This document shows positions 1 to 13,006 of a stretch of 64,000 nucleotides of DNA, piece by piece. This DNA is from Mycobacterium sp. (GTDB lineage Bacteria > Actinomycetota > Actinomycetes > Mycobacteriales > Mycobacteriaceae): assembly GCF_035506235.1 (NCBI RefSeq), contig NZ_DATJPU010000216.1:1974-65973 (forward strand). Direction: 5' to 3'. The notes below the pieces were generated by a model. That model saw only the letters and a program-made list of their open reading frames with translations. It ran no database searches and was not told the origin of the DNA. A program made the position numbers and the translations under genes. Within the stretch, counting starts at the first letter, position 1. Each line of letters begins with the position of its first letter.

Positions 1-226
1 TCATGCCACGCAGTTTCTGCAGCTCGCTGAGCGGCTCGCGCAGTTCGTCGAACTCGGGTCCGAGGTCCTGGCGCAGCTGGGTCGTCATGCCGCTGAGGTA
101 GTCACGTGCCTGCCGGAGCGCGTTCGACGTCCACCGGATCGCGCCCGGGAGCCGCTCGGGCCCAAGGATCACCAGCCCGACCACGACGAGGACCAGGATG
201 TGCTCCCAGCTCAGATTCGCGAACAC
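1..226 (-). CDS. tatB: Sec-independent translocase TatB (5' part; runs off the window edge)
   Basis: Reverse strand reads [34 protein letters not shown]...; GPERLP motif; directly downstream of htrA as in Rv1223-Rv1224. Confidence 0.9.
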   Translation of the reverse strand, partial: MFANLSWEHILVLVVVGLVILGPERLPGAIRWTSNALRQARDYLSGMTTQLRQDLGPEFDELREPLSELQKLRGM

Positions 227-1789
<1,563 letters not shown>

Positions 1790-1888
1790 TTACCGGGCGC
1801 TTTGCGCCGCGCCCGCATTGCCGTGTCCACCCTAGTATCCACGGTGCGGGATTGGTCGGCACGAACGCGCGGCGGCGATGCCGGCAAG

Positions 1889-2293
1889 CTACCGGCGCTT
1901 ACGCTGATCGCGCGCGTCGCGGTCGCGAGAACGGTCCGGGGCCTCCGGAGCGGTCTCGTCGTCGGACGACGGGTAATGCGGAATCTCGGACAGCAGCCCC
2001 AGCAGGTTGCTGGGGATGCGGATCGGGTGGGAATCACGCAACGCCGCACGCGCCCGGCTCTGGTCCTCGACCTCGGCCGCGCATTCCGGGCACAGCGAGA
2101 GGTGGTGGGCCGCGCGCAGGTGTGCGTTCATCCGCAGCTCACCGTCGACGAACGCGGCGATCGCCTCGATGGACAGGTGCTCGGTGGAACGGAACCGGCG
2201 CGGCGCGCCGACGGGCGCGTCGCTCTGGGAGGCGAACTGCGCGGGCAACCAGGAGAACGCGCGGCGAAACACCTCTCCTCGGTCCGCCATCAC
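1889..2293 (-). CDS. rseA: Anti-sigma-E factor RseA
   Basis: ZAS motif HLSLCPEC (HxxxCxxC); start set at GTG/ATG 2293/2290 behind an AAGGAA RBS. Confidence 0.9.
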   Translation of the reverse strand: MMADRGEVFRRAFSWLPAQFASQSDAPVGAPRRFRSTEHLSIEAIAAFVDGELRMNAHLRAAHHLSLCPECAAEVEDQSRARAALRDSHPIRIPSNLLGLLSEIPHYPSSDDETAPEAPDRSRDRDARDQRKRR

Positions 2294-2430
2294 CAATTCC
2301 TTTCTTACCGCCCATCCACGAATGTAGCGCGAGGTCGCGCCCATACCGCGCCTACAGCGCGGAAAGCCGTTGGGTTCTTGCGTCCAACGGTGTTATTCGG
2401 CTGTGGATAAGCCGTTCGGCGGCCGTGCCG

Positions 2431-3207
2431 CTACGCCGGCTCGGCGTGCAGCCCGTGCTCGGGATGCGCGGCCAGATAGTCGCGCAGCGCCTGACGCCCG
2501 CGGTGGATGCGGCTGCGCACGGTGCCCAGCTTGACACCGAGGGTGGCGCCGATCTCCTCGTAGGACAGGCCCTCGATGTCACACAGCACGACCGCGGCGC
2601 GAAACTCCGGCGGCAGCGAATCCAACGCGGCCTGCAGGTCGGGCCCCAGCCGCGCATCGTGATAGATCTGCTCGGGGTTGGGCTCGTCGGCGGGCACCCG
2701 GTCGTAATCCTCGGGCAGCGCCTCCATGCGGATGCGGGCGCGCCGACGCACCATGTCGAGAAAGAGGTTGGTGGTGATGCGGTGCAGCCAGCCCTCGAAG
2801 GTCCCGGGCTGGTAGTTCTGGACCGACCGGAACACCCGGATGAAGGTTTCCTGGGTCAGATCCTCGGCGTCCTGCTGGTTGCCGGAGAGTCGGTAGGCCA
2901 ACCGGTACACCCGATCGGCGTGCTGGCGCACCAACTCGTCCCACGACGGCATCGTCGCCTTGTCCCCGGTCGCGTCGAACACCGCGGTGCCCTGCAACGC
3001 GTCCGTCTTCTCCACCCATTCGTCGTCCCGGCAGTCCTGGGCGTGAGACATGGTAGTCGGGCTCAAAAGCGACGTGATGATTGAATCCTCCGGGTTTTCC
3101 CTGCTGCCGAAGCCTGACAGCTCGTCGACCGCGTCAACGCGAAGCTGCCAGTGTGTATTCCCAATCCGGTGATTTGTATTCCCGGTCCCCCGCCCACCGC
3201 GTTCCAT
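2431..3207 (-). CDS. sigE: ECF sigma factor SigE
   Basis: Region 2 [14 protein letters not shown] and region 4 [11 protein letters not shown]; start placed at MERGG (3207), shorter ATG isoform possible at 3051. Confidence 0.95.
   Translation of the reverse strand: MERGGRGTGNTNHRIGNTHWQLRVDAVDELSGFGSRENPEDSIITSLLSPTTMSHAQDCRDDEWVEKTDALQGTAVFDATGDKATMPSWDELVRQHADRVYRLAYRLSGNQQDAEDLTQETFIRVFRSVQNYQPGTFEGWLHRITTNLFLDMVRRRARIRMEALPEDYDRVPADEPNPEQIYHDARLGPDLQAALDSLPPEFRAAVVLCDIEGLSYEEIGATLGVKLGTVRSRIHRGRQALRDYLAAHPEHGLHAEPA
3135..3162 (-). promoter_or_regulatory. SigH/SigE-type promoter inside the sigE 5' coding region
   Basis: Minus strand GGGAAT-N17-CGTTG matches the mycobacterial SigH consensus; an internal SigH promoter of sigE is known in M. 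tuberculosis. Confidence 0.75.
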
Positions 3208-3251
3208 ACGCATACCGTCGCCCATCGGCGTATGCGCGACATAGGAGCAAT

Positions 3252-3268
3252 CTGAGGTTTGGCTGAGA
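3252..3268 (-). promoter_or_regulatory. MprA box upstream of sigE
   Basis: Minus strand TCTCAG-ccaaa-CCTCAG matches the MprA direct repeat TCTCAG-N5-TCTCAG. Confidence 0.75.
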
Positions 3269-3409
3269 AACCAGATCGTTACCTGCGTTGAACTGGGCCA
3301 ATGCCCGGGGGAGTGAGTTGCGTCGCTCCGCGGGATCCGGGCGTGTCGGCCCGGTTCTATTCAGGCGCGCCTGCCCGGCCTGGCGGCAAATTGGAATACG
3401 CTGCGGGTC

Positions 3410-4078
3410 ATGGACGGCACCGACGCAGCAGCCCCCGGCCAGACGGCTCCCAGTCGAGCCGAGTCACTCTGCGCGCACGCCGAGGGGTCGATCTCTGAGG
3501 ACGCGCTGCTGGCCGCGGCCCGCGAACGCGCCGTGGAGATCGGCGCCGGCGCCGTGACACCGGCGGTCGGTGCGCTGTTGAGCCTGCTGGCCAAGCTCAG
3601 CGGCGGCAAGGCCGTCGCCGAGGTGGGTACCGGCGCGGGGGTCAGCGGGCTCTGGCTGTTGTCGGGCATGGGCGACGACGGCGTGTTGACCACGATCGAC
3701 AACGAGCCCGAGTACCTGCGGCTCGCCAAGCAGTCCTTCTCCGACGCCGGCATCGGACCCTCGCGCACCCGGCTGATCAGCGGGCGCGCCCAAGAGGTGC
3801 TCACCCGGCTCGCCGACGAGTCCTACGACCTGGTGTTCATCGACGCCGACCCGATCGACCAGCCCGACTACGTCGTCGAGGGCGTGCGGCTGCTGCGATC
3901 CGGGGGCGTCATCGTGGTGCACCGCGCGGCGCTGGGGGGCCGGGCGGGTGATCCCGCCGCGGGCGATGCGGAGGTGACCGCGGTGCGCGAGGCGGCCCGG
4001 CTCATCGCCGAGGACGAGCGGCTCAGCCCGGCGCTGGTGCCGCTGGGCGACGGGCTGCTGGCCGCAGTCCGGGACTAG
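3410..4078 (+). CDS. SAM-dependent O-methyltransferase (Rv1220c-like)
   Basis: EVGTGAG motif I, DLVFIDAD; TACGCT -10 box 7 nt before ATG (leaderless). Confidence 0.9.
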   Translation: MDGTDAAAPGQTAPSRAESLCAHAEGSISEDALLAAARERAVEIGAGAVTPAVGALLSLLAKLSGGKAVAEVGTGAGVSGLWLLSGMGDDGVLTTIDNEPEYLRLAKQSFSDAGIGPSRTRLISGRAQEVLTRLADESYDLVFIDADPIDQPDYVVEGVRLLRSGGVIVVHRAALGGRAGDPAAGDAEVTAVREAARLIAEDERLSPALVPLGDGLLAAVRD

Positions 4079-4388
4079 TTCGGGCGCAAGCGCGGCGTAG
4101 CCCGGCGCTGGGGTCGCCACCATCGACCTATTTCGTGAGTCGTTAACGCGTTGCCACTAGTGGGCGTTGACGATCGCCCCGCCGGGACGCTTCCACCGCG
4201 CCGAGCGTGGACTGGTTGCGAGTTTCTGGCCAAAATTTCGCGGTGAGCGCACGTTCGGTGATGTTGCCCGGGTCGCTCCCAAATCTGATTAAGAATCATG
4301 ACTTACGAGACCAGGCGTTATGCCGGGTTAGGAATCCGGATTGTCCGTTGCCCGCGTCAAACCCACCCGAAACTCTGGGCGCGCCCCC

Positions 4389-4435
4389 TTGACGGTCGGC
4401 TGAACGCACGTTTAGCGTACTGAACATGCGTTCAG
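4389..4435 (+). promoter_or_regulatory. Leaderless promoter of the raaS operon with two tandem palindromic operators
   Basis: TTGACG (4389)-N18-TAGCGT (4413)-N7-ATG; CTGAAC-GCAC-GTTTAG (4400-4415) and perfect CTGAAC-ATGC-GTTCAG (4420-4435) over the start codon. Confidence 0.75.
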
Positions 4436-5064
4436 CCGACCTGACCGCCGCAGCCCGGATCCGCGAGGCGGCGATCGAGCAGTTCGGCGAGCGCGGCTTC
4501 GACGTGGGGCTGCGCGCGATCGCCGAGGCGGCGGGGGTGAGCGCCGCGCTGGTCATCCACCATTTCGGCTCCAAGGAAGGCCTGCGCAAGGCTTGCGACG
4601 ACTACGTCGCCGAACAGATCCGCGAGACCAAGGCGGAGGCGCTGCAATCCAATGACCCGGCCGTTTGGTTCGCGCAACTGGCCGAGATCGAGGAATTCGC
4701 CCCGATGACCGCCTACCTGTTGCGCAGCATGCAGACCGGCGGCGACCTGGCGAAAATGTTGTGGCAGAGGATGATCGAGAACGCCCAGGAATACCTCGAA
4801 GCCGGCGTGCGGGCCGGGACGATCAAACCCAGCCGCGATCCGCAAGCCAGGGCCAAGTATCTGGGCATCACCGGGGGCGGCGGGCTCCTGCTCTATCTGC
4901 AAATGCACGACAACCCAAACGATCTGCGCGCGGTGCTCCGCGACTATTCGCGTGACATGATCCTGCCCGCCCTCGAGATCTACACCGAAGGCCTGATGGT
5001 GGACCGCACCATGTACGACGCATTCCTGGCCGCCGACGATCAAGGAGGATCCCATGCCAGCTGA
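4426..5064 (+). CDS. raaS: TetR-family regulator RaaS (Rv1219c-like)
   Basis: N-terminal [25 protein letters not shown]; first gene of the ABC operon. Confidence 0.88.
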   Translation: MRSADLTAAARIREAAIEQFGERGFDVGLRAIAEAAGVSAALVIHHFGSKEGLRKACDDYVAEQIRETKAEALQSNDPAVWFAQLAEIEEFAPMTAYLLRSMQTGGDLAKMLWQRMIENAQEYLEAGVRAGTIKPSRDPQARAKYLGITGGGGLLLYLQMHDNPNDLRAVLRDYSRDMILPALEIYTEGLMVDRTMYDAFLAADDQGGSHAS

Positions 5065-5980
5065 CCACGTCGCGCCCATCGAAATCCGCGACCTGACGAA
5101 GAATTTCGGTGCGGTGCGGGCGCTGGACGGCCTCGATTTGACGGTGCGCGAAGGAGAGGTGCACGGGTTTCTCGGGCCCAACGGTGCAGGCAAGTCGACG
5201 ACCATCCGCGTCCTGCTGGGACTGGTGAAAGCCGACGGGGGAACCGCCCGGTTGCTGGGTGGCGACCCGTGGACCGACGCGGTCGCGCTGCACCGCCACA
5301 TCGCCTACGTGCCGGGCGATGTGACCCTGTGGCCCTCACTGACCGGCGGCGAGACCATCGACCTGCTGGCCCGCATGCGCGGCGGCATCGACGAACGCCG
5401 GCGCGCCGAGCTGATCGAGCGGTTCGACCTCGACCCGCACAAGAAGGCGCGCACCTACTCGAAGGGCAACCGGCAGAAGGTCTCCCTGATCTCCGCCTTC
5501 TCGTCACACGCCAGGCTGCTGCTCTTGGACGAGCCCAGCAGCGGGCTGGACCCGTTGATGGAGAACGTGTTTCAGCAGTGCGTCGGCGAGGCGCGCGACC
5601 GCGGTACGACGGTGTTGCTGTCCAGCCACATCCTGGCCGAAACCGAAGCGCTGTGCGAACGGGTGACCATCATCCGCGCCGGCAGGAGCGTCGAGAGTGG
5701 CTCGCTGGAGTCCATGCGCCACCTCAGCCGCACCTCGATCAAGGCCGAACTGATCGGCGACCCCGGCGACATCGCGGGCATCAGGGGCGTCGAGGACGTC
5801 AGCATCGAGGGCACCACGCTGCGCGCCCAGGTCGACAGCGAAAGCCTGGGCGAACTCATCCGGGCGCTCGGCGCCGCCGGCGTGCGCAGCCTCGTCAGCC
5901 AGCCCCCGACGCTCGAGGAACTGTTCCTGCGCCACTACGACGGCACAGACGCCGCCAGCGACGCGAAGGTGTCGGCATGA
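5054..5980 (+). CDS. ABC transporter ATP-binding protein (Rv1218c-like)
   Basis: Walker [14 protein letters not shown] signature, LLLLDEP Walker B. Confidence 0.95.
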   Translation: MPADHVAPIEIRDLTKNFGAVRALDGLDLTVREGEVHGFLGPNGAGKSTTIRVLLGLVKADGGTARLLGGDPWTDAVALHRHIAYVPGDVTLWPSLTGGETIDLLARMRGGIDERRRAELIERFDLDPHKKARTYSKGNRQKVSLISAFSSHARLLLLDEPSSGLDPLMENVFQQCVGEARDRGTTVLLSSHILAETEALCERVTIIRAGRSVESGSLESMRHLSRTSIKAELIGDPGDIAGIRGVEDVSIEGTTLRAQVDSESLGELIRALGAAGVRSLVSQPPTLEELFLRHYDGTDAASDAKVSA

Positions 5981-7617
5981 GCACCGCGACGCTGGATCGG
6001 GCCCGCCCCGAGCAACCGGCGCCGCGGGCGGGTTCCCACATCTCCGGCACGCCGGGCATGCTGCGGCTCTACGTGCGCCGGGACCGGGTCTCGTTGCCGC
6101 TGTGGGTGCTGCTGCTGTCGGTGCCGCTGGCCACGGTGTACATCGGCAGCATCGAGAAGGTCTACCCGACCCAAGCGGCCCGCGCCGGGTTCGCGGCGTC
6201 GATCACGGCCAGCCCGGCCCAGCGCGCGCTCTACGGCCAGGTCTACAACGACAGCCTTGGCGCCGTTGGCATTTGGAAGGCCGGGATGTTCCACCTGCTG
6301 ATTGCGGTGGCCGTCATCCTCACCGTGATCCGGCACACCCGCGCCGACGAGGAGACCGGCCGGACCGAGCTGGTGGACTCGACCGCGATCGGCCGCTACG
6401 CCAGCCTGACCGCGGCGCTGCTGTTGTCCTTCGGGGCCTCGATCGCCACCGGCGCGATCGGGGCGGCGGGATTGCTGACGACCGACGTCCCGGCCGGCGG
6501 GTCGCTGGCGTTCGGGGCGGCGCTGGCCTGCTCCGGCCTGGTCTTCACCGCGGTCGCCGCGGTGACCGCGCAGCTGTCGCCGAGCGCCCGGTTCGCCCGC
6601 GGCGCCGCGTTCGCCGTGCTGGGGGCCGCGTTCACGCTGCGCGCCATCGGCGACGCGGGTGGCGGCGCGCTGTCGTGGCTCTCGCCGCTGGGGTGGTCGC
6701 TGCAGGTCCGGCCGTACGCGGGCGACCGCTGGTGGGTTCTCCTGCTGCACCTGGTGACGACGGCCGTGCTCACCCTGGTGGCCTATCGACTGCTCGCCGG
6801 CCGCGACGTGGGCGCCGGCCTCATCGCCGAACGCGCCGGTCCCGGCGCCGCCGGAAGCCGGCTGAGCGGCGTCGACGGCCTGACGTGGCGGCTCGACCGC
6901 GGCGCGCTGCTGCTGTGGACGGTGGGCCTGTGCCTGTATGGCCTGCTGATGGGCAGCGTCGTGCACGGCATCGGCGACGAGCTGGGCGGCAGCACCGTCG
7001 TGCGCGACATCGTCGCGCGGATGGGCGGCACCAGCGCCCTGGAGGAGGCCTTCATCGCGGTGGCCTACGCCATGATGGGCATGGTGGCCGCCGCGTTCGC
7101 GATCTCGCTCACCCTGCGCTTGCATCAGGAGGAATCCGGCCAGCGCGCCGACACGACGCTGGCCGGCGCCGTCTCCCGAACTCACTGGCTGGCAAGCCAT
7201 TTGGCCGCCGCACTGATCGGATCCGCGGTCGCGATGCTGGTCAGCGGCGTGGCCGGCGGGCTGGTCTACGGCGTCGCGGCCGGCGACGTCGGCGGCAAGC
7301 TGGCCGTCGTGGTCGGCACCGCGGCCGCCCAGCTGCCCGCCGTCTGGCTGCTCGCCGCCGTCACTGTCGCGTTGTTCGGTGCGGCACCGCGGTTCACGCC
7401 GTTGGCGTGGGGCGTGCTGGTCGGGTTCGTCGCCGTCTACCTGATCGGCGAGTTGGCCCGGTTCCCGCAGTGGCTGCTCGACCTGGAACCGTTCGCGCAC
7501 ACCCCGCGGGTCGGCGCCGACTTCACCGCCGTGCCGCTGCTGTGGCTACTGGCCATCGACGCGGCGCTGATTATCTTGGGCGCCATGGCTTTCCGACGTC
7601 GCGATCTGTGTTGTTAG
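5977..7617 (+). CDS. ABC transporter permease (Rv1217c-like)
   Basis: ATG overlaps ATPase stop (ATGA); many TM helices; two DEE/QEESG repeats. Confidence 0.9.
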   Translation: MSTATLDRARPEQPAPRAGSHISGTPGMLRLYVRRDRVSLPLWVLLLSVPLATVYIGSIEKVYPTQAARAGFAASITASPAQRALYGQVYNDSLGAVGIWKAGMFHLLIAVAVILTVIRHTRADEETGRTELVDSTAIGRYASLTAALLLSFGASIATGAIGAAGLLTTDVPAGGSLAFGAALACSGLVFTAVAAVTAQLSPSARFARGAAFAVLGAAFTLRAIGDAGGGALSWLSPLGWSLQVRPYAGDRWWVLLLHLVTTAVLTLVAYRLLAGRDVGAGLIAERAGPGAAGSRLSGVDGLTWRLDRGALLLWTVGLCLYGLLMGSVVHGIGDELGGSTVVRDIVARMGGTSALEEAFIAVAYAMMGMVAAAFAISLTLRLHQEESGQRADTTLAGAVSRTHWLASHLAAALIGSAVAMLVSGVAGGLVYGVAAGDVGGKLAVVVGTAAAQLPAVWLLAAVTVALFGAAPRFTPLAWGVLVGFVAVYLIGELARFPQWLLDLEPFAHTPRVGADFTAVPLLWLLAIDAALIILGAMAFRRRDLCC

Positions 7618-7624
7618 GAGCACC

Positions 7625-8299
7625 ATGAAACTCGCTGCCCGGCTGACGTTGTCCTCGATCCTCGGGCTGGCCTTCTACGGCCTGATCCTGTTCGGACCGG
7701 CCGGCACGTTCGACTATTGGCAGGCCTGGGTTTTCATCGCCGTGTTCACGGCGTCGACGATCGTCCCCACGATCTATCTGGCCCGGAACAACCCGGCGGC
7801 GCTGCAGCGCCGCATGCGGGCCGGGCCGAGGGCCGAAACCCGAACGGCCCAGAAAATCATCATCACCGGCTCGTTCCTGGACCTCTTCGCGATGATGGCG
7901 TTCAGCGCCCTCGATCATCGGATGGGCTGGTCGACGGTGCCCGTGTGGCTGTGCGTGCTCGGTGACGTCCTGGTCGCGACCGGGCTGACGATCGCCATGC
8001 TGGTGATCATCGAGAATTCCTACGCCGCCGCCACCGTCACGGTGGAGGCCGGCCAGCGGGTGGCCTCCGGCGGCCTCTACAAGTTCGTCAGGCACCCGAT
8101 GTATGTCGGCGACGTGATCATGATGGTGGGCATACCTTTGGCGCTCGGCTCCTACTGGGGACTGCTCTTCGTGATCCCGGGCGTCGCGGTGCTCGTCTTC
8201 CGCATCCGCGACGAGGAGAAGCTGCTCACCCAGCAGTTGCCGGGATACCGGGAGTACGCGCAGCGCGTGCGCTATCGCCTGGTGCCCGCCGTGTGGTAG
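7625..8299 (+). CDS. Isoprenylcysteine carboxyl methyltransferase-family membrane protein (Rv1216c-like)
   Basis: GLYKFVRHPMYVG and RIRDEEKLL motifs. Confidence 0.88.
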   Translation: MKLAARLTLSSILGLAFYGLILFGPAGTFDYWQAWVFIAVFTASTIVPTIYLARNNPAALQRRMRAGPRAETRTAQKIIITGSFLDLFAMMAFSALDHRMGWSTVPVWLCVLGDVLVATGLTIAMLVIIENSYAAATVTVEAGQRVASGGLYKFVRHPMYVGDVIMMVGIPLALGSYWGLLFVIPGVAVLVFRIRDEEKLLTQQLPGYREYAQRVRYRLVPAVW

Positions 8300-8329
8300 C
8301 GGCCCGGCTGAACTGCTTAAGGTAGCGGC

Positions 8330-10012
8330 GTGGCGCGAAATTCGGCACCCGCGCTGGACCGGCCCTGGCGACGCCCCGGCGGCCTGCGGTACGCGCTGGT
8401 CAGGCTCCGCGGCATCGCCAAACCCCCGATCACGATCACCCCTGCCCCACCGGACGTCTTCGTCGAGCATGATGTCGCCGTCCCGACGCGCGACGGGACG
8501 GTGTTGCGGATCAACGTCTACCGGAAGTCCGACGACGTTCCGCGGCCGGTCATCCTGAGCATCCACCCCTACGGCAAGGACAACCTGCCGAGGCGACGGC
8601 GCGGGAGGTGGACGTTCTCGGTGCAATACCGGGTCTTGCGTCAGCCGCGACCGGTGACCTTCTCGGCGCTGACCGGTTGGGAGGCGCCGGACCCGGCGTG
8701 GTGGACCGCGCGGGGCTTCACCGTGGTGAATGCCGACTCGCGGGGGTGCGGCCACTCCGACGGCACCGGAAACCTGCTGTCGCGGCGGGAGGCCGAGGAC
8801 ACCTACGACCTGGTGCAGTGGATCGCCGGCCGGCCGTGGAGCGACGGCCGCATCGTCATGCTCGGGGTCTCCTACCTGGCCATCACCCAGTACGCGGTCG
8901 CCGCCCTGAAGCCGCCGGCGCTGCGGGCGATCTGCCCTTGGGAGGGCTTCACCGACGCGTATCGCGACCTGACCTTTCCCGGCGGCGTTCGCGAGACCGG
9001 ATTTACCCGGCTGTGGTCGCACAACCTGCGTCGCGACACCCGGCAGGCCTACGACCTCGCGCGGATGCAGGAGGGCCACCCGCTGCGTGACGACTTCTGG
9101 CGCTCGGTGGTGCCCGACCTGTCGGCGATCGAGGTCCCCATGCTCGTCTGCGGCAGCTTCTCGGACAACAACCTGCACAGCCGCGGGTCGATGCGCGCTT
9201 TCACGCGCGCCGGTTCCGCCCACGCCCGCCTCTACACCCATCGGGGCGGCAAATGGGCGACCTTCTACTCCGAGGCCGCGCTGGCCGAGCAGCTGACGTT
9301 CTTCCGGGGCGTGCTCGACGGAGCGGCGCCTTCCCGTAGCGTCCGCCTCGAGGTGCGCGAGGACCGCGATACCGTCGCCGCGGTGCGCGAGGAGGCCGAG
9401 TGGCCGCTGGCCCGCACCCGCTGGCGGCCTTTATATCTGGATGGGCCCGGGCTGCTGGCGCCCGAGCGGCCGGCTAGCGCCGGCAGCATCGCGTTCGAAA
9501 CACGTTCCACCGCAGCGGCCTTCAGCTGGACGGTGCCCGCCGACCTCGAGCTGACCGGCCCGATGGCCGCCCGGCTGTGGGTGGCGCTGGATGGCTGCGA
9601 CGACGCCAACCTGTTCGTGGGCGTGGAGAAGTGGCGTGCGGGCCGGTTCGTCGCCTTCGAGGGGTCCTACGGCTACGGCCGCGACCGGGTGACCACCGGG
9701 TGGCAGCGGGTCTCGCTGCGGGCGCTAGACCCCGAGCTGTCGCGGCCGTGGGAGCCCGTGCCGTTGTGCGCCGAGCCGCAACCGGTTTCCGCGGGCGAGG
9801 TGGTCGCGGTCGACGTCGCGCTGGGCCCGTCGGCCACGCTGTTCCGGGCCGGCGAGCAGCTACGGCTCGTGGTCGCCGGGCGGTGGCTGTGCCCGACCAA
9901 TCCGCTGATCGGTCAGATGCCCGCCGCCTATGAGAGCTCGCCCCACGGCCGCGTCGCCCTGCACTGGGGCCCGCGCTATGACGCGCACCTGCTGATCCCC
10001 GAGGTCCCCTAA
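8330..10012 (+). CDS. CocE/NonD-family hydrolase (Rv1215c-like)
   Basis: GVSYLA nucleophile motif, DSRGCGHSDG; TAAGGT -10 box 6 nt before GTG. Confidence 0.88.
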   Translation: MARNSAPALDRPWRRPGGLRYALVRLRGIAKPPITITPAPPDVFVEHDVAVPTRDGTVLRINVYRKSDDVPRPVILSIHPYGKDNLPRRRRGRWTFSVQYRVLRQPRPVTFSALTGWEAPDPAWWTARGFTVVNADSRGCGHSDGTGNLLSRREAEDTYDLVQWIAGRPWSDGRIVMLGVSYLAITQYAVAALKPPALRAICPWEGFTDAYRDLTFPGGVRETGFTRLWSHNLRRDTRQAYDLARMQEGHPLRDDFWRSVVPDLSAIEVPMLVCGSFSDNNLHSRGSMRAFTRAGSAHARLYTHRGGKWATFYSEAALAEQLTFFRGVLDGAAPSRSVRLEVREDRDTVAAVREEAEWPLARTRWRPLYLDGPGLLAPERPASAGSIAFETRSTAAAFSWTVPADLELTGPMAARLWVALDGCDDANLFVGVEKWRAGRFVAFEGSYGYGRDRVTTGWQRVSLRALDPELSRPWEPVPLCAEPQPVSAGEVVAVDVALGPSATLFRAGEQLRLVVAGRWLCPTNPLIGQMPAAYESSPHGRVALHWGPRYDAHLLIPEVP

Positions 10013-10025
10013 TTAGCCGAGCCGG

Positions 10026-11240
10026 CTAAATCCAGACGCCCTTGCCGACCGCGACCACGCCGCCGGCGCTGATCGCGAAGCGCTCGCGGTCCTTTTCCAG
10101 ATCGACCCCGACCATCTCGCCGGGCCCGACGACGACGTTCTTGTCGAGGATCGCGTGGCGCACCACCGCGCCGCGGCCGACCCGGGCGCCCGGCATGATC
10201 ACGCTGCCCTCCACGATAGCGCCGTCGTCGACCACGACGTTGGACGACAGCACCGAGTTGCGCACCGATGCCGCCGAGATGATGCTGCCGGCGCCCACCA
10301 CCGACTCCTGCGCCGAGCCGCCGTTGACGAACTTGGCCGGCGCCAGGTTCTCCGACTCGCCCCGAATCGGCCAGCGCTTGTTGTACAGGTTGAACACCGG
10401 ATGCACCGAGACCAGGTCCATGTGCGCGTCGTAGAACGCGTCCAGCGTTCCCACGTCGCGCCAGTAGCCGCGGTCGCGGTCGGTGGCGCCGGGCACCTCG
10501 TTGTCGGAGAAGTCGTAAACCGCGGCCATCCCGTCCTCGACCAACCGCGGGATGATGTCGCCGCCCATGTCGTGATCGGAGTGGTCGTCGTCGGCGTCGG
10601 CCCGGATCGCGTCGATGAGCACCTTGGTGGTGAAGATGTAGTTGCCCATTGAAACGAACGTCGACGAGGGGTCATCGGGAGTTCCGGGCGGCTCGAACGG
10701 CTTCTCCACGAAGGCGCGGATGCGGCGGGAGTCGTCGGCGTCGATGCAGCCGAACGCCGAGGCATCGCTGCGCGGAACCCTGATGCCGGCCACGGTCGCG
10801 CCGGCCCCGCTGTCGATGTGGTGACGGACCATCTGTTCGGGGTCCATCCGGTACACGTGGTCGGCGCCGAAAACGACTATGTAGTCGGGATCTTCGTCGT
10901 AGATCAGGTTGAGCGACTGATAGATCGCGTCGGCGGAGCCCGTGTACCAGCGCGGTCCGAGGCGCTGTTGCGCGGGCACCGGCGTGATGTATTCGCCGGC
11001 CAGGCCGGACAAGCGCCAGTTCTGCGAAATGTGACGGTCGAGTGAATGCGACTTGTACTGGGTGAGAACGCAGATCCTCAGATAGCGGGCATTGACCAGG
11101 TTGGAAAGCACGAAGTCGATCAGCCGGTAGGCGCCACCGAAGGGAACCGCGGGTTTGGCCCGGTCCGCGGTCAGCGGGTATAACCGCTTGCCCTCACCGC
11201 CGGCCAGGACAATGCCCAGCACGTGTGGCGCTTCCCTCAT
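10026..11240 (-). CDS. glgC: Glucose-1-phosphate adenylyltransferase
   Basis: [27 protein letters not shown] motifs. Confidence 0.97.
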   Translation of the reverse strand: MREAPHVLGIVLAGGEGKRLYPLTADRAKPAVPFGGAYRLIDFVLSNLVNARYLRICVLTQYKSHSLDRHISQNWRLSGLAGEYITPVPAQQRLGPRWYTGSADAIYQSLNLIYDEDPDYIVVFGADHVYRMDPEQMVRHHIDSGAGATVAGIRVPRSDASAFGCIDADDSRRIRAFVEKPFEPPGTPDDPSSTFVSMGNYIFTTKVLIDAIRADADDDHSDHDMGGDIIPRLVEDGMAAVYDFSDNEVPGATDRDRGYWRDVGTLDAFYDAHMDLVSVHPVFNLYNKRWPIRGESENLAPAKFVNGGSAQESVVGAGSIISAASVRNSVLSSNVVVDDGAIVEGSVIMPGARVGRGAVVRHAILDKNVVVGPGEMVGVDLEKDRERFAISAGGVVAVGKGVWI

Positions 11241-11490
11241 GGCTCCCAAACTATCGGCCGCCGCCAACCGCTGCCAGGGGGAATCCCGGTGGCCGCCGTT
11301 CTGACGGACTGCCTGTCAGGGTATTTGGCTCAATTCTCGCCAGGTTTCACAACCCGATACCGTCCATTATTGCTCAGGCCCACTCAAGGGCCGTGCAATC
11401 ACCGCGCCGTGACCGAGCGGAAACCGAATTCTCCGAATTCCTCACCGCCCGACTCGCGGGCGGCGGCGTCGCCGAACTACGGTGCGGAGT

Positions 11491-12654
11491 ATGCGGGTGG
11501 CGATGATGACTCGGGAGTACCCACCGGACGTCTACGGCGGGGCCGGGGTACACGTCACCGAACTCGTCGCGCAACTGCGCCTGCTGTGCGCGGTCGACGT
11601 GCACTGCATCGGTGCGCCCCGCCCGGATGCCTTCGCGCAGCAACCCGACCCGCGCATGCACGGCGCCAACCCCGCGCTGTCCGCCCTGTCCGCGGACCTG
11701 ATGATGGTCAACGCCGCGTCGGCGGCCACGGTCGTGCATTCGCACACCTGGTACACCGGTCTGGCCGGGCACCTGACCGCGTTGCTCTACGACGTTCCCC
11801 ACGTCCTGACCGCGCATTCGCTGGAACCGCTGCGGCCGTGGAAGGCCGAACAGCTCGGCGGCGGCTACCGGGTGTCGACGTGGGTGGAGCGGACCGCGGT
11901 GCTGGCCGCCGATGCCGTCATCGCGGTCAGCGCCGCGATGCGCGAAGACATCCTGCGCGTCTACCCCACGCTCGATCCGAGCCTGGTGCACGTCATTCGC
12001 AACGGCGTCGACACCAACGTCTGGTATCCCGCCGGCCCGCTGCAAACCGGGTCGGTGCTCGCCGAACTCGGCGTCGACACCAGCCGGCCCATCGTGGCGT
12101 TCGTCGGGCGCATCACCCGGCAGAAGGGCGTCGCGCACCTGTTGGCCGCCGCGCACCGGTTCCGCCCCGAGGCGCAGGTGGTGCTGTGCGCCAGTGCTCC
12201 CGACACCCCGGAGCTGGCCGAGGAGATTCGGGCCGCGGTGGCGGAGTTGGTCCTCGACCGCGATGGGGTGTACTGGATCAGGGAGATGCTGCCCGTCGGC
12301 GAGCTACGCGAAATACTTTCGGCAGCAACGGTTTTCGTATGCCCATCGGTGTACGAACCGTTGGGGATCGTCAACCTCGAGGCGATGGCGTGCGCCACCG
12401 CCGTGGTGGCCTCCGATGTCGGCGGGATACCCGAGGTGGTCAGGGACGGGATCACCGGGTCGCTGGTTCATTACGACCCCGACGATCCGACCGGCTTCCA
12501 GGCCGGGCTGGCCGAAGCGGTCAATGAGCTGGTCGCCGATCCCGACAAGGCTAAGCGCTATGGCGAGGCGGGACGCCAGCGCTGCATCGAGGACTTCTCC
12601 TGGGCCCACGTGGCCGAGCAGACGCTGGAGATCTACCGGAAGGTGACGGCGTAA
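11491..12654 (+). CDS. glgA: GT4 glycosyltransferase GlgA/GlgM (maltose-1-phosphate synthase)
   Basis: REYPPDVYGGAGVHV, EPLGIVNLEA; divergent from glgC; TACGGT -10 box 7 nt before ATG 11491. Confidence 0.93.
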   Translation: MRVAMMTREYPPDVYGGAGVHVTELVAQLRLLCAVDVHCIGAPRPDAFAQQPDPRMHGANPALSALSADLMMVNAASAATVVHSHTWYTGLAGHLTALLYDVPHVLTAHSLEPLRPWKAEQLGGGYRVSTWVERTAVLAADAVIAVSAAMREDILRVYPTLDPSLVHVIRNGVDTNVWYPAGPLQTGSVLAELGVDTSRPIVAFVGRITRQKGVAHLLAAAHRFRPEAQVVLCASAPDTPELAEEIRAAVAELVLDRDGVYWIREMLPVGELREILSAATVFVCPSVYEPLGIVNLEAMACATAVVASDVGGIPEVVRDGITGSLVHYDPDDPTGFQAGLAEAVNELVADPDKAKRYGEAGRQRCIEDFSWAHVAEQTLEIYRKVTA

Positions 12655-12660
12655 GCCGGC

Positions 12661-12888
12661 TCAGCTGGTAACGCCCTTGAGTTCGTCACCCAGGGCGGCG
12701 GCTTCGTCGGGCGTCAGCTCGACGACCAGTCGGCCGCCACCCTCGAGCGGTACTCGCATAACGATGCCGCGCCCCTCCTTGGTTGCCTCCAAAGGACCGT
12801 CTCCGGTGCGGGGCTTCATCGCCGCCATCGAGTGCTCCCTCCAGATTCGAGCTGGCCCGGCGTCGCGGACCTGGTCGGCGCCGAGCAT
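12661..12888 (-). CDS. DUF3117-family small protein (Rv1211-like)
   Basis: MAAMKPRTGDGPLEATKEGRGIVMRVPLEGGGRLVVEL; true start may be ATG 12828. Confidence 0.88.
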   Translation of the reverse strand: MLGADQVRDAGPARIWREHSMAAMKPRTGDGPLEATKEGRGIVMRVPLEGGGRLVVELTPDEAAALGDELKGVTS

Positions 12889-13006
12889 GCCCCGCCAGTG
12901 GATTTCCAGCCGTACCCGACATTGAACTGCCAAATCACGCCTCCATTGTTCCCTATTGGGGGCGGCAGTTACACCAAGACCCGCCTCTGACCCCTCACAG
13001 AGGCCC

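Noticed and set aside
3154-3183. Tandem GGGAATACA copies in the sigE 5' region as a second SigH promoter
   Set aside because: The upstream copy has no GTT -10 element at the right spacing.
4420-4435. GAAC-N4-GTTC resembling an SOS box
   Set aside because: Flanks are CT..AG rather than TC..GA, and it is duplicated at the TetR promoter; better explained as the RaaS autoregulatory operator.
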